Shown piece by piece: positions 18,697 to 28,392 of a stretch of 64,000 bases of DNA. The stretch is from Candidatus Omnitrophota bacterium. Its GTDB lineage: Bacteria; Omnitrophota; Gorgyraeia; Gygaellales; Profunditerraquicolaceae. The notes beneath the pieces were generated by a model that worked only from the letters and a program-made list of their open reading frames with translations, did no database searches and was not told where the DNA came from. Position 1 is the stretch's first letter, and each line of letters opens with the position of its first letter. The translations under genes and the position numbers were made by a program. Location of the stretch: the NCBI GenBank assembly GCA_028715415.1, contig JAQURX010000004.1, positions 20,933 through 84,932 of the forward strand. The letters are read 5' to 3'.

Positions 18697-21522
18697 TTAA
18701 AACTTCTTGCGGTAGTATAAACGGAAGATTTGCTGCGTGTCAATTGTCCTTAAGGATCCGCCATAAGGATCCCAGCCGATATCAAGAACTCCTCCCATGT
18801 AAGGATCCCTGCTTGCTTCGCCGTATTGAAAGCTAAAATCTTCATTCTCCGACTTGCGATAAATTAATTCCACGAATGCATTATGGTGGCCAGTAACTTT
18901 ATTTATATTTTGTACTATATTATCCAAATCCTGCCAACGTGAATAGGTATATTTCAAAAATATCGCTAGTTTCTTCATTGGTGCATAGCTAACTTCGAAA
19001 CCCACATGATTCATATTATCATCCACTTGCCCAGCTTTTTCAAAAGGATTACGCGTATAATCAAGATATAGCTGCAGATTATCCAAAGGGCTTAACCTTA
19101 GGCCTGCTTTAAAAATATTGTAATACGGATAAGGTGCACGGGCAAAATGCTGCTGATCAGTAAGAAAATTTAACACATCCCTATAAGCATTTCCATTTTG
19201 ATATGTTAATAAGGAATTACTCCCATCGTTTAAAATCCCCCTTGGGAAATTATCATACGCAAGCGAAATATCATTTGTAAATTCCCAAATTCCGTTTAAA
19301 GAAATCCAATCCAAGAACTGGTATTCAGCACCCAGAGAACTGGTAACAATGCTTGGATCTTTATTGTCTTCAATATAAGTATTAACATAATACTCTCTGC
19401 TAACAGGATTAAAAATAAAGGGATCTTTATTGCCATAGGTTTGATGCATTTTTTGATATATGCCCAGGCCTTTAGTAGTCAGCTTGTCATTTACTTCCCA
19501 GCTAAATTCATCCCTAAAAACATTTTCAATAAACTTGCCTTCACTGGAATGCACATTACGCACATCAACAAGGTTACTTACTTTTTTATCCCAAAGAAGG
19601 CTTTCTACTCTAAGGCCGAATGTACTGCGACCTATATCAATGCCATTCCCGACGCCATAATTCCTAACATCATCCCAGCTTAAACCCTGGCCTTCTCCTT
19701 GATAATAATATTGGAACGGCTTACGAAAATGAATATGCCTAGACCACCATTCGTCATCGCGTGTTTCCACATAAGAAGAAAGAGGCTCATCAAAAGATTT
19801 ATCCATGCGCGCAGCAAAAATTCTAAATTTGGTAAAAAATCTCTCCCCTTCTTCAGGCTGAATTCCAAAATAATCGTATTTGGTATCCATAATGCTTGCA
19901 GAAGGAAACCTTCCCAAAATAGCAAACTGGTAAGCATTGCCATTTTCTTTTGTCTGGAAATCAGATTGGGTTGTATCATTTGATGAATTAGAATAAGCGA
20001 ATTCAGCTGTTGTTTTAATACCTTCAATAGGCTCAAAACCTAAATCCATAGCACCGACATAATTTTGTGCATCAACATTCATATTATCGGGTTGATTGTA
20101 ACCTATTCTTGTCGTTGCAGTAAAACCTACGGCCAAATTATCCATAATGGACTGCTTAACGCGCGTCGCAGTAAGAAAATTATCCATAACCGAATAATCC
20201 TGCCAAAGGTCTTTAGGAGAAGCAATGTTGGTAGTAATAGAAGTCTTTTCTCCCAGAGAATAATCAAAATTAAAGCCGCGTAAAGCAGTCAGGCGCTGGC
20301 CCTCACTATCTCTTGTATAAAACGACAATGTATTATCCCAATATCCCTTAGTAAAATCAGCCCCTGCGTTATTAACTGTTCCCCTTGTCCATTTATTCAA
20401 CCAAGGGCTGTTTTCCCACCAAATACGATTATTGGATAATCTCAAAGGATCATCAAAAGTCACTGCTTGATTTTCATAGGCAATAGGATAAGCCCTAAAT
20501 TTTAAATTATCTTGATTGTAATCATACCAAAGTTCACGAACAGGTTGAAACTGACGATAAATTTTTAATGATGGGATTTGAAATGTATCAGAAGATGGAT
20601 CGGTAAAACCACCACTAATAGTGGTAGCGTCTGTCTGATTATTTTTTACTTTCATTTCAGGCAGGTTAAAAGAATTTCCAAAACGATTCGTATCTACTGT
20701 TTGATTAATTGTATATCCTGTATTCGACCAATATTTTAATTCAATATCAGCGCTATCGCCGAACGCGCTATGCACCGTTGTCCTAGCGCTTTTTCCAGTA
20801 AAACTCCAGGGGTCAACCACTATGTTGCTATAAAAATTAGAGCCTTCTTTGTTCTCTGTATTAAGTTTTACTGCTAATCTATCAAATATCCTAGGATCAT
20901 AGGTATTTTCCCTATTATCAAGTGCAGTATTTGAACGCATACGGTAATTCTTTTCATTTAAATCCCAATTAGCGCGTTTCCAATAGTCATCCTTACTTGT
21001 TGCGCCCATTCTCGTCTGAGCCTCTCCGCTAATTTTAATTCCCGCAACTTTAATTCCGTCTTCTTTTTTTTCAGTTTTTTCTTCTTTAACTACATAATCA
21101 TCAGCCCGAATAACATTATTTTCTTCTTTTGCTGTACCTTTATTACTTTTGCTGGCCAAATTAAACGCATTATCCATCTCCCGCTCTCTAAGCTGGCTTT
21201 CTCTTACCACACGAACCCTATCAGAAGCTTTTTGAGGAATCACTTCCTCTTGTTTAAAGGATTCGGACTGCGCATTGGTTGATTTAAAAATATTATTTAT
21301 ATACGATTTTGCTACCTTATTATTAGGCTCAACAAGCAAAACCTTATTGAATTCGGCCAAAGCTTCATCGTATCTTCCCATCTTATAGAAAGTAATACCG
21401 AATTCACAGAGATAATCAGCAGCTTGAGGCCCGGCAAAAACAACGGAAAAAGAAAATAGGATTGAAACAATACTGCAGAATAAAATAACCAGATGTAGTC
21501 GCTTAAATGGAAGGAATTTCAT
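18697..21522 (-). CDS. Giant (941 aa) putative outer-membrane beta-barrel protein with N-terminal signal peptide and TPR segment
   Basis: Signal peptide MKFLPFKRLHLVILFCSIVSILFSFSVVFA. TPR-like AADYLCEFGITFYKMGRYDEALAEFNKVLLVEPNN. A charged linker follows, then about 750 aa rich in Y/W/N/D/G/T with alternating polarity. The C-terminus ends ...FRLYYRKKF, the aromatic terminal residue typical of OM barrels. Confidence 0.45.
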   Translation of the reverse strand: MKFLPFKRLHLVILFCSIVSILFSFSVVFAGPQAADYLCEFGITFYKMGRYDEALAEFNKVLLVEPNNKVAKSYINNIFKSTNAQSESFKQEEVIPQKASDRVRVVRESQLREREMDNAFNLASKSNKGTAKEENNVIRADDYVVKEEKTEKKEDGIKVAGIKISGEAQTRMGATSKDDYWKRANWDLNEKNYRMRSNTALDNRENTYDPRIFDRLAVKLNTENKEGSNFYSNIVVDPWSFTGKSARTTVHSAFGDSADIELKYWSNTGYTINQTVDTNRFGNSFNLPEMKVKNNQTDATTISGGFTDPSSDTFQIPSLKIYRQFQPVRELWYDYNQDNLKFRAYPIAYENQAVTFDDPLRLSNNRIWWENSPWLNKWTRGTVNNAGADFTKGYWDNTLSFYTRDSEGQRLTALRGFNFDYSLGEKTSITTNIASPKDLWQDYSVMDNFLTATRVKQSIMDNLAVGFTATTRIGYNQPDNMNVDAQNYVGAMDLGFEPIEGIKTTAEFAYSNSSNDTTQSDFQTKENGNAYQFAILGRFPSASIMDTKYDYFGIQPEEGERFFTKFRIFAARMDKSFDEPLSSYVETRDDEWWSRHIHFRKPFQYYYQGEGQGLSWDDVRNYGVGNGIDIGRSTFGLRVESLLWDKKVSNLVDVRNVHSSEGKFIENVFRDEFSWEVNDKLTTKGLGIYQKMHQTYGNKDPFIFNPVSREYYVNTYIEDNKDPSIVTSSLGAEYQFLDWISLNGIWEFTNDISLAYDNFPRGILNDGSNSLLTYQNGNAYRDVLNFLTDQQHFARAPYPYYNIFKAGLRLSPLDNLQLYLDYTRNPFEKAGQVDDNMNHVGFEVSYAPMKKLAIFLKYTYSRWQDLDNIVQNINKVTGHHNAFVELIYRKSENEDFSFQYGEASRDPYMGGVLDIGWDPYGGSLRTIDTQQIFRLYYRKKF

Positions 21523-21572
21523 AATTGAAATTATTATAACTTAGAGCATTATATTTTGTCAATATAATAATT

Positions 21573-21600
21573 AAAAAAACCGGCGTAAATCCGCCGGTTT
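21573..21600 (-). terminator. Rho-independent terminator downstream of the small ORF 21628..21957
   Basis: Minus-strand RNA reads CCGGCG-gauuua-CGCCGG followed by UUUUUUU. The stem is perfect. Confidence 0.65.
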
Positions 21601-21627
21601 AGACAAACCTTCTTTTTCTTAAAAAAA

Positions 21628-21957
21628 TTAAATTGCTGTTATCTGGTTGCTTGAAAGATTAATCCTAAGCGAGTGCATAAACAAAATTAAAAATAACTTA
21701 CCATGCGAAACTACATAGGTGCTACTCTTAATCCTGCAGAAAAATTTCTCTTTGCGCTCTTTGGTATTGTGTTCTTTCAAAATATACAAATATGGCAAGG
21801 GCTTTTCAAGTTTTGCGCCGACAACCTCTCTAACCATGCAGATAAAATGCCTTCGGATAATGCTATGAATTCCCTGATTATCCGTAATCTCAGAGCTGGA
21901 GATTATCCGTTTTTTCTTATCCGCTGAAGTTAAATTTTTAAACAATAGGTCGCGCAT
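21628..21957 (-). CDS. Hypothetical small basic protein (109 aa from the ATG with a GGGAG RBS; the ORF track extends it from a TTG)
   Basis: GGGAGtaataaaATG start context. A clean terminator follows immediately downstream. A GC-rich structured leader lies upstream. No recognisable family from the sequence. Confidence 0.4.
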   Translation of the reverse strand: MRDLLFKNLTSADKKKRIISSSEITDNQGIHSIIRRHFICMVREVVGAKLEKPLPYLYILKEHNTKERKEKFFCRIKSSTYVVSHGKLFLILFMHSLRINLSSNQITAI

Positions 21958-22211
21958 TTTATTACTCCCTGGGCACAAGCCCGCCCTGTTCCATCCGATA
22001 AGAACAGGGGCTAATATTCATGGAGCCGGGCTGCATCAAAATATACTCTCCTCTAATTACAACCCGGCTTATCCCCTTGTGGCTGGTGGGGACATTAGTT
22101 AAGCTTTTATAAAGCTTTTAAAAACAGCACAAATAATAAGCCCAAGGTATTTTTACCTATTGGGCGAAAATCCAGCTTACTTCTTTAATCTTTCCTCAAT
22201 CAATTAAGTAT

Positions 22212-22266
22212 AGCATAATAAAACAAGCGCTTTCAATGCCCGCAGAGTTTAAATTGAAAGCGCTTT
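22212..22266 (-). terminator. Probable intrinsic terminator of the lepA-lepB-pgsA-plsY transcription unit
   Basis: Minus-strand RNA has a 13-bp stem AAGCGCUUUCAAU / AUUGAAAGCGCUU with a 15-nt loop, followed by GUUUUAUUAU. It lies immediately 3' of the plsY stop. Confidence 0.5.
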
Positions 22267-22313
22267 CATTCTTTAGCTCGACGCTAAAAAATTAAAATTA
22301 TTTTTTTCTGGTA

Positions 22314-22949
22314 TTATTTTTTCTTAAATGATAGCCGAGGCTCTTTGCCCTGAAGAAGCCTCTTGAGGTTGGATTTATGCCTTACAATAATAAAACTTGC
22401 GGTAAGAAGGCTAAAGATGAGCAGTGCTCTTGAATGATTTAAAAAAATAGCCAAAACAGGGAATATTAAAGCAGAGACCAGAGAAGCAAGCGAGACTATC
22501 CTTGAAATAAAAAATGTTACAAACCAACTCAAAATCACCAAACCTAAGATTAAAGCAAATCCTTGTATCCTAAATGAAAGACCTATCAACACCCCAAATG
22601 TTGTAGCAACTCCTTTACCGCCTTTGAAATTTAAGAATACCGTCCAGTTATGCCCTAATATGCTACTGACACCAAAAAGTATTCTTACTAATTCAGGATT
22701 AAAACCTGGCATTTTTGAAAGGATGATATCCGAAATAAATACAACAGGAATTACCCCTTTAAGACAATCAATCAATAATACAATTATCCCTGCTCTTTTC
22801 CCTAAAACTCTTAAAGCATTAGTGGCTCCCACATTCCCTGAGCCATGCTTTCTAATATCAATTCCCTTTAATAATTTTCCAGCAAGATAAGCGGTAGGAG
22901 TTGAGCCAATAAAGTAGCTAACGATGATTCCGAGAATTATCCAAAGCAT
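22314..22949 (-). CDS. plsY: Glycerol-3-phosphate acyltransferase PlsY
   Basis: MLWIILGIIVSYFIGSTPTAYLAGKLLKGIDIRKHGSGNVGATNALRVLG is the PlsY hallmark. Confidence 0.9.
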   Translation of the reverse strand: MLWIILGIIVSYFIGSTPTAYLAGKLLKGIDIRKHGSGNVGATNALRVLGKRAGIIVLLIDCLKGVIPVVFISDIILSKMPGFNPELVRILFGVSSILGHNWTVFLNFKGGKGVATTFGVLIGLSFRIQGFALILGLVILSWFVTFFISRIVSLASLVSALIFPVLAIFLNHSRALLIFSLLTASFIIVRHKSNLKRLLQGKEPRLSFKKK

Positions 22950-23520
22950 AAAGAGTTTTAAACCCCCTCATTATATAATCAATCCCAGAAAGAATAGTAA
23001 AAAATAAAGCTGCATTCCATAAAACTAATGAATACTTATACTGCAATAAGACTGCAATTACCGAAAGCATCTGGAAAGCAGTGGTTAATTTACCCCATTT
23101 TGTAGGAAAAATATTAATTGTCTGTTTAACCATGTAAATCACAACCGCTCCCATTAAGATAATCACATCCCTGCTAATTACAATTATAGTAACCCAAAGC
23201 GGAAATTTAATTCCTGAGGGGAAATCAGTAACCATATAACACATGATAAAGGCGCTCATAAGAAGCAGCTTGTCCCCTAAAGGATCAAGCACCATCCCTG
23301 CCTTTGAAATCTGCTTTGCTTTTCTGGCAATATAGCCGTCAACAGCATCTGAAATAACTCCCAGTATAAAGATACCCAATGCTACAAAACGAAGATAATC
23401 CTTTTCAGGATATTTGTAGTAAACCAGGCTTGATATAAAGAAAGGGACTGTAAGAATTCTAAAAGTGGAAATCTTATTAGCTATGTTCACTTTATTATCC
23501 TTATCCTTTGAGGGGGCCAA
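22918..23520 (-). CDS. pgsA: CDP-diacylglycerol--glycerol-3-phosphate 3-phosphatidyltransferase (CDP-alcohol phosphatidyltransferase family)
   Basis: NKISTFRILTVPFF ... DAVDGYIARK ... DPLGDKLL motif (D-G-x2-AR ... G-x3-D-x3-D). Confidence 0.85.
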   Translation of the reverse strand: MAPSKDKDNKVNIANKISTFRILTVPFFISSLVYYKYPEKDYLRFVALGIFILGVISDAVDGYIARKAKQISKAGMVLDPLGDKLLLMSAFIMCYMVTDFPSGIKFPLWVTIIVISRDVIILMGAVVIYMVKQTINIFPTKWGKLTTAFQMLSVIAVLLQYKYSLVLWNAALFFTILSGIDYIMRGFKTLYALDNSRNHR

Positions 23521-24083
23521 TAAATCAACATTGCCTTCCCGAGTACATTTTTACGGGGAACAAAACCCCAGTAACGGCTGTCTTTAGAAGACGAAGAATT
23601 ATCCCCTAAAACAAAATAACTATCCTCCGGAACAGTTATCTTTTGACCTTCTTTTGCAAAATCCCCGCGGTTATAATAATAAATTTTATTAAATTTGCTG
23701 TCAGTTAGAGGCTTATCATTAATATAAATTGTCCCGTTTTTAACCTCTACTATTTCTCCCGGCAACCCCACTAATCTTTTAATAAAATCTTTTTTCGGGT
23801 CTTCAGGATAAATGAACACTACAACATCCCCTCTCTTTATTTCAGATACAGCCGGAAGCCTTGAGTTACTAAAGGGTATTTTAGCACCATATATGAATTT
23901 ATTCACTAAAATTAAATCCCCTTCTAACAAAGTCATGCGCATTGAACCGGTGGGGATTTTAAAGGCCTGAACAACAAAAGTCCGGATAACCATCGCTAAC
24001 AAGAAAGCAATAACTATTGATTCAATCCATTCATAAATCGCAGACTTTTTCTTTCCGTCTTTAGTTCTAGTCTTGAACATCAT
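23487..24083 (-). CDS. lepB: Signal peptidase I
   Basis: TM anchor, GSMRMTLLEGDLILVNK (S26 Ser box) and VLGDNSSSSKDSRYWGFV (box E). Confidence 0.85.
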   Translation of the reverse strand: MMFKTRTKDGKKKSAIYEWIESIVIAFLLAMVIRTFVVQAFKIPTGSMRMTLLEGDLILVNKFIYGAKIPFSNSRLPAVSEIKRGDVVVFIYPEDPKKDFIKRLVGLPGEIVEVKNGTIYINDKPLTDSKFNKIYYYNRGDFAKEGQKITVPEDSYFVLGDNSSSSKDSRYWGFVPRKNVLGKAMLIYWPPQRIRIIK

Positions 24084-25876
24084 ATTTTTAACACCTCCAG
24101 AAATGCTTCCTGTGGAATCTCAACTTTACCAAATTGTTTTAATTTCTTTTTTCCTTCCTTTTGACTCTCCCAGAGTTTTCTCTTACGGGTAATATCTCCT
24201 CCATAGCATTTCGCGGTGACATGCTTACCTACGGACTTGACTTTTTCCGATGCAATAATCTGGCTACCGATAACCGCCTGGATTGCTACTTCAAATAACT
24301 GGCGGGGAATTGATTCTTTTAGCTTATCTGTTAAGACATGCGCCCGGCTTGCGGCTTTATCCTTAAATATTAACGATGAAAAAGCATCGCAAATATTTCC
24401 ATTAATAAGGATATCTAACTTAACTAACCTTGTTGGCAGGTAATCCTTGAATTCATAATCTAAAGAGCCATACCCCCTTGTCAATGACTTCATACGGTCA
24501 TAAAAATCAACGATAATCTCAGAAAGAGGAATAGAAAAAATTACCTTAACCCTGTCTTCACTAAGGTATTCGTTTGACTGGAAAACCCCTCTTCTTGACT
24601 TGGTGAAATCACACACCGCCTCAATTGAGTCAACCGGAACAATCATAAGCAAGGTTGCATACGGCTCAAATGATTCCTGGATATCCTGGATTGGAGGAAG
24701 CTTTGCCGGGGTATCAACTTCAATCAACTCCCCTTCTTTAGTCCTGACTTTATAAACTACATTTGGGACAGTTAATATTAAATTTAAATCGTATTCTCTC
24801 TTTAACCGCTCTTGCACAATCTCCATATGTAAAAGGCCTAAAAATCCACAGCGGAAACCTGAACCAAAAGACTGAGAGCTCTCCGGCTCAAACACAAAAG
24901 AAGCATCCGACAATTTCAATTTATCCATTGCCTCGCGCAAATCAGGAAAATCTCCGGGGTTAATCGGATAGATCCCGCAGAAAACAAGCGGCTTTAACTT
25001 ACGAAATCCGGGAAGAGCCTCTTCACATGGATTCTTAACATCAGTTATCGTATCGCCAACCATAATTTCACGCGCGTCTCTTATATTAGCAGTAAAATAT
25101 CCAACCTCACCACAAGTTAAAGAATCAGCTTCATTATATTTCAAATTAAAAAATCCTAATTCTTCTATTTTATAAACCGTTCCGGAATGCATCATTTTCA
25201 ATTGAGTTTTTTTGTCAATACGGCCATCCATAATCCTCACAAAAACAACAACACCTTTATAGGCATCAAACCGGCAATCAAAAACAAGCGCTTTTAAAGG
25301 ATGGTTCTCTTCACCTGAAGGAGGAGGGATAACTTCAATTATTTTATCTAAAATATCTTCAATCCCTATGCTCTCCTTGGCTGAAGCTAAAATCATATCT
25401 TCATCTTTGTAACCTAAAACACTCTCTATCTGCCTTTTAACGCGTGGAATATCAGCCTGGCTTAAATCAATTTTATTTATTACAGGGATAACCTCTAAGT
25501 CATTATCCATCGCAAGGTAATAATTAGCAACAGTCTGGGCTTCTATGCCTTGCCCGGCATCAACGACAAGCACTGCCCCCTCACAGGCTGACAAAGATTT
25601 AGAGACTTCATAAGTAAAATCAACATGGCCCGGAGTATCAATCAAATTAAAAACATAATCCTGATCAAACTTTTTTGAATGATACGTTAAGCGCACCATT
25701 GAAGCTTTGATAGTAATACCTCGCTCTCTTTCAAGATCCATATCATCAAGAAGCTGGTCCCCTTTATGGCTGCGTTCTACAACACCCGTTATTTCCAATA
25801 TACGGTCAGCTAAAGTAGACTTGCCGTGATCAATATGCGCTATAATAGAAAAATTTCTGATTAATGATTTATCCAT
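24080..25876 (-). CDS. lepA: Elongation factor 4 (LepA)
   Basis: IRNFSIIAHIDHGKSTLADRILE plus the conserved C-terminal LepA domain. 598 aa. Confidence 0.95.
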   Translation of the reverse strand: MDKSLIRNFSIIAHIDHGKSTLADRILEITGVVERSHKGDQLLDDMDLERERGITIKASMVRLTYHSKKFDQDYVFNLIDTPGHVDFTYEVSKSLSACEGAVLVVDAGQGIEAQTVANYYLAMDNDLEVIPVINKIDLSQADIPRVKRQIESVLGYKDEDMILASAKESIGIEDILDKIIEVIPPPSGEENHPLKALVFDCRFDAYKGVVVFVRIMDGRIDKKTQLKMMHSGTVYKIEELGFFNLKYNEADSLTCGEVGYFTANIRDAREIMVGDTITDVKNPCEEALPGFRKLKPLVFCGIYPINPGDFPDLREAMDKLKLSDASFVFEPESSQSFGSGFRCGFLGLLHMEIVQERLKREYDLNLILTVPNVVYKVRTKEGELIEVDTPAKLPPIQDIQESFEPYATLLMIVPVDSIEAVCDFTKSRRGVFQSNEYLSEDRVKVIFSIPLSEIIVDFYDRMKSLTRGYGSLDYEFKDYLPTRLVKLDILINGNICDAFSSLIFKDKAASRAHVLTDKLKESIPRQLFEVAIQAVIGSQIIASEKVKSVGKHVTAKCYGGDITRKRKLWESQKEGKKKLKQFGKVEIPQEAFLEVLKI

Positions 25877-26528
25877 TAGATATTTTATTTGAAAGTGCTT
25901 CTGCTACTTCTTCAATAGTCATATTTGTTGTATCAACGTATATTGCGTCTTTAGCTTGCTTTAAAGGAGCAAACTCCCTGGTTGAATCAATTTTATCTCT
26001 ATTAATTAAGTCTGCTTTTACATCTTGTAAAGTTACATTTTGGCCTGATTCTTTTAATTCTTTATACCTGCGGTTTGTTCTCTCGTCTAAGCTGGCATCA
26101 ACATAAAACTTATTGTCGGCATCCGGAAAAACAACAGTACCTATATCCCTGCCATCAAGCACGCAATCTCTTTTTTTTCCCAACTCCCGCTGCAAAGAAA
26201 GCATAACAAGCCGCACGCCTTTTATTTTCGCAACGTCAGACACATGTTTGGTAATCCTGGGTTCCCTGATTTCTTTGGAAACATCCTTACCGTCTAGTAA
26301 AACTTTTAAAGAACCATCAGGATTGTTAATTAAATCAATACTCGTATTATGCGCCAGGTCAATGAGATCATTCTCTAAGCTTATATTAATACTATTAATA
26401 ATGGCTTTTAAGGTAAGTGCCCGGTACATAGCACCGGTATCAATGTAAAGAAACCCTAATTTTTTAGCGATTATTTTTGCCACTGTGCTTTTACCAGCTC
26501 CGGCAGGCCCATCAATTGCGATAATCAT
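25869..26528 (-). CDS. cmk: Cytidylate kinase (start corrected to the internal ATG overlapping the tyrA stop, ATGA)
   Basis: MIIAIDGPAGAGKSTVAKIIAKKLGFLYIDTGAMYRA is the Cmk P-loop. The ORF-track N-terminal extension has no support. Confidence 0.85.
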   Translation of the reverse strand: MIIAIDGPAGAGKSTVAKIIAKKLGFLYIDTGAMYRALTLKAIINSINISLENDLIDLAHNTSIDLINNPDGSLKVLLDGKDVSKEIREPRITKHVSDVAKIKGVRLVMLSLQRELGKKRDCVLDGRDIGTVVFPDADNKFYVDASLDERTNRRYKELKESGQNVTLQDVKADLINRDKIDSTREFAPLKQAKDAIYVDTTNMTIEEVAEALSNKISNG

Positions 26529-27349
26529 GCAAGAATCTCTCTTTTGGCTTTTGCTTTCTTTAAAAACCCGCAAAGGGCTTTTCTATCGTTTCTTTGAATT
26601 GCGTGCTTTAAGCCTGATATCTCATCCTGATAAATATCTATTGCCTTAATTAAGTTTTTACGGTTACTTAAAAGGATATCCGCCCAAATCTGGCCATCCG
26701 AAGAAGCGATCCGCGTTGTATCTTTTAAACCGGTAGAACCGAATTTTAATAAATCCGAAGGGATACTGCTTATCAGCGAAAAGGCAGCAATGTGCGGCAA
26801 ATGGCTTACAAACGAAAGAATAAAATCGTGTTTTTCAGGATTAAGCAAAATAACCTTAGCGCCTAACTTTTCCCAGAAATTACCCAGTGCTTCTATAACC
26901 TTTTTTTCTGATTTTTTTGTCGGAGTCAGGAAACAAATTGTATTTTTAAAAATCCCTGCATTAGCATTAACAACACCTCTTTTTTCAGAACCAGCCATAG
27001 GGTGACTTCCTACATAATTTGAGAAATTCTTCTCCAAAACTGAAACGATTTCTCCTTTAGTACTACCTACATCCGTAACAATGCAGTTCTTTGGGATTAT
27101 TTTAGAGATTCTTTCAGATAGATTAATAATAACATTTACGGGAGTTGCTAAAATCAAAAAATCAACATCTTTAAGTACTTCTAATGACAAAGACGCCTCG
27201 TCAACTATTCTATTTTTTTTGGCTAACAATAAACTTTCTTTGTGCCGGCATACCCCAACAATCCTCTTGGCAATGCCGCTCTTTTTTATTGCAATAGCGA
27301 TTGATCCGCCAATTAATCCGGTTCCTACAATTCCAACTTTCTTAAACAT
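26525..27349 (-). CDS. tyrA: Prephenate/arogenate dehydrogenase
   Basis: Rossmann VGIVGTGLIGGS. 274 aa. Lies in the aromatic amino-acid cluster. Confidence 0.8.
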   Translation of the reverse strand: MFKKVGIVGTGLIGGSIAIAIKKSGIAKRIVGVCRHKESLLLAKKNRIVDEASLSLEVLKDVDFLILATPVNVIINLSERISKIIPKNCIVTDVGSTKGEIVSVLEKNFSNYVGSHPMAGSEKRGVVNANAGIFKNTICFLTPTKKSEKKVIEALGNFWEKLGAKVILLNPEKHDFILSFVSHLPHIAAFSLISSIPSDLLKFGSTGLKDTTRIASSDGQIWADILLSNRKNLIKAIDIYQDEISGLKHAIQRNDRKALCGFLKKAKAKREILA

Positions 27350-27354
27350 AGTAA

Positions 27355-28371
27355 TTATATCTCTCTTCCAACAACATTTGCTATGGCTTTTAATTCCTCA
27401 ACCAAGGTTGAAAAATTTTTCGGAGTAAGCGATTGAGCCCCATCCGACAACGCCTCTTCCGGGCGACTGTGCACTTCAATAATCAGGCCATCGCAACCTG
27501 AGGCGACCGCTGCCTTGGATAAAGGTGCAACCAAACCCCACTTACCAGCGGCATGGGATGGATCCACAACAATCGGTAAATGCGAAAGCTGCTTAACAAG
27601 AGGGACTGCGCTTATATCCAAAGTATTGCGCGTTGCATCTTCAAATGTCCTGATCCCGCGCTCACATAAAGCAACATTAAAGTTTCCACCCGCTAAAATA
27701 TATTCCGCTGACATTAACAATTCTTTAATTGTGGAAGACAAGCCTCTTTTTAACAAAACCGGCTTTTTAGTCATGCCTACTTCTTTCAGTAAATTAAAAT
27801 TCTGCATATTACGGGCGCCAATCTGCAGAACATCAACATATCTTGCTACCAAATCAACATCACGAGGGTCCATCACCTCTGTAATCGTAACTAAATCTAA
27901 CTCTTTGCCAACTTGCTGCAGGTATTTCAAACCCTCTTCTCCTAAACCTTGAAAGCTATACGGAGAAGTCCGAGGCTTAAAAGCCCCTCCTCTTAAAACT
28001 TTTACACCGGCATTTTTTATCTCTTTTGCGATAGTAAATAATGTATCAAGGTTCTCTATAGCACAAGGCCCTGCCATAAGCACAATCTTTTTCCCGCCAA
28101 TCTTTACGCCCTTACCTAAGTCAATTACAGAATAATCTTGCTTAAATTCCCTAGAAACTAATTTATAGGGAGCCAAAACCGGCATGACCTTTTCTACACC
28201 CGGAAAAGCTTCAAGAGGCGTAACACGTAATATATCCTCGGGCCCGATAACTCCAATAATTGTTCTTTCGGTTCCTTTTGAAACATGTGGCGTTAAACCT
28301 AACTTCTTTACGCGTTCAATAATATGCTCTACTTCACTATCTTGTGCTCCGGGCTTAAGGACAATAATCAT
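27355..28371 (-). CDS. aroF: 3-deoxy-7-phosphoheptulonate (DAHP) synthase, class I-beta with N-terminal regulatory domain
   Basis: 338 aa. N-terminal [25 protein letters not shown] (ferredoxin-like) plus a KDO8P/DAHPS I-beta core (GARNMQNF ... VVDPSH). Confidence 0.8.
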   Translation of the reverse strand: MIIVLKPGAQDSEVEHIIERVKKLGLTPHVSKGTERTIIGVIGPEDILRVTPLEAFPGVEKVMPVLAPYKLVSREFKQDYSVIDLGKGVKIGGKKIVLMAGPCAIENLDTLFTIAKEIKNAGVKVLRGGAFKPRTSPYSFQGLGEEGLKYLQQVGKELDLVTITEVMDPRDVDLVARYVDVLQIGARNMQNFNLLKEVGMTKKPVLLKRGLSSTIKELLMSAEYILAGGNFNVALCERGIRTFEDATRNTLDISAVPLVKQLSHLPIVVDPSHAAGKWGLVAPLSKAAVASGCDGLIIEVHSRPEEALSDGAQSLTPKNFSTLVEELKAIANVVGREI

Positions 28372-28392
28372 TTTTAAGCTCTCCTATTGCTT

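Noticed and set aside
21703-21927. 74-aa plus-strand ORF overlapping the small minus-strand ORF 21628..21957
   Set aside because: The terminator orientation (U-tract on the minus strand at 21573..21600) and the GGGAG-ATG start context support the minus-strand gene. The plus ORF lacks an RBS.
22060-22076. Second RNase P-like motif AACCCGGCUUAUCCCC in the plsY / small-ORF spacer
   Set aside because: Only the P4 3'-strand-like motif is present. No GGAAAGUCCGGGCUCC partner, P1 helix or P10-P12 conserved blocks are on the same strand. It is treated as part of an unclassified structured leader, not a second rnpB.
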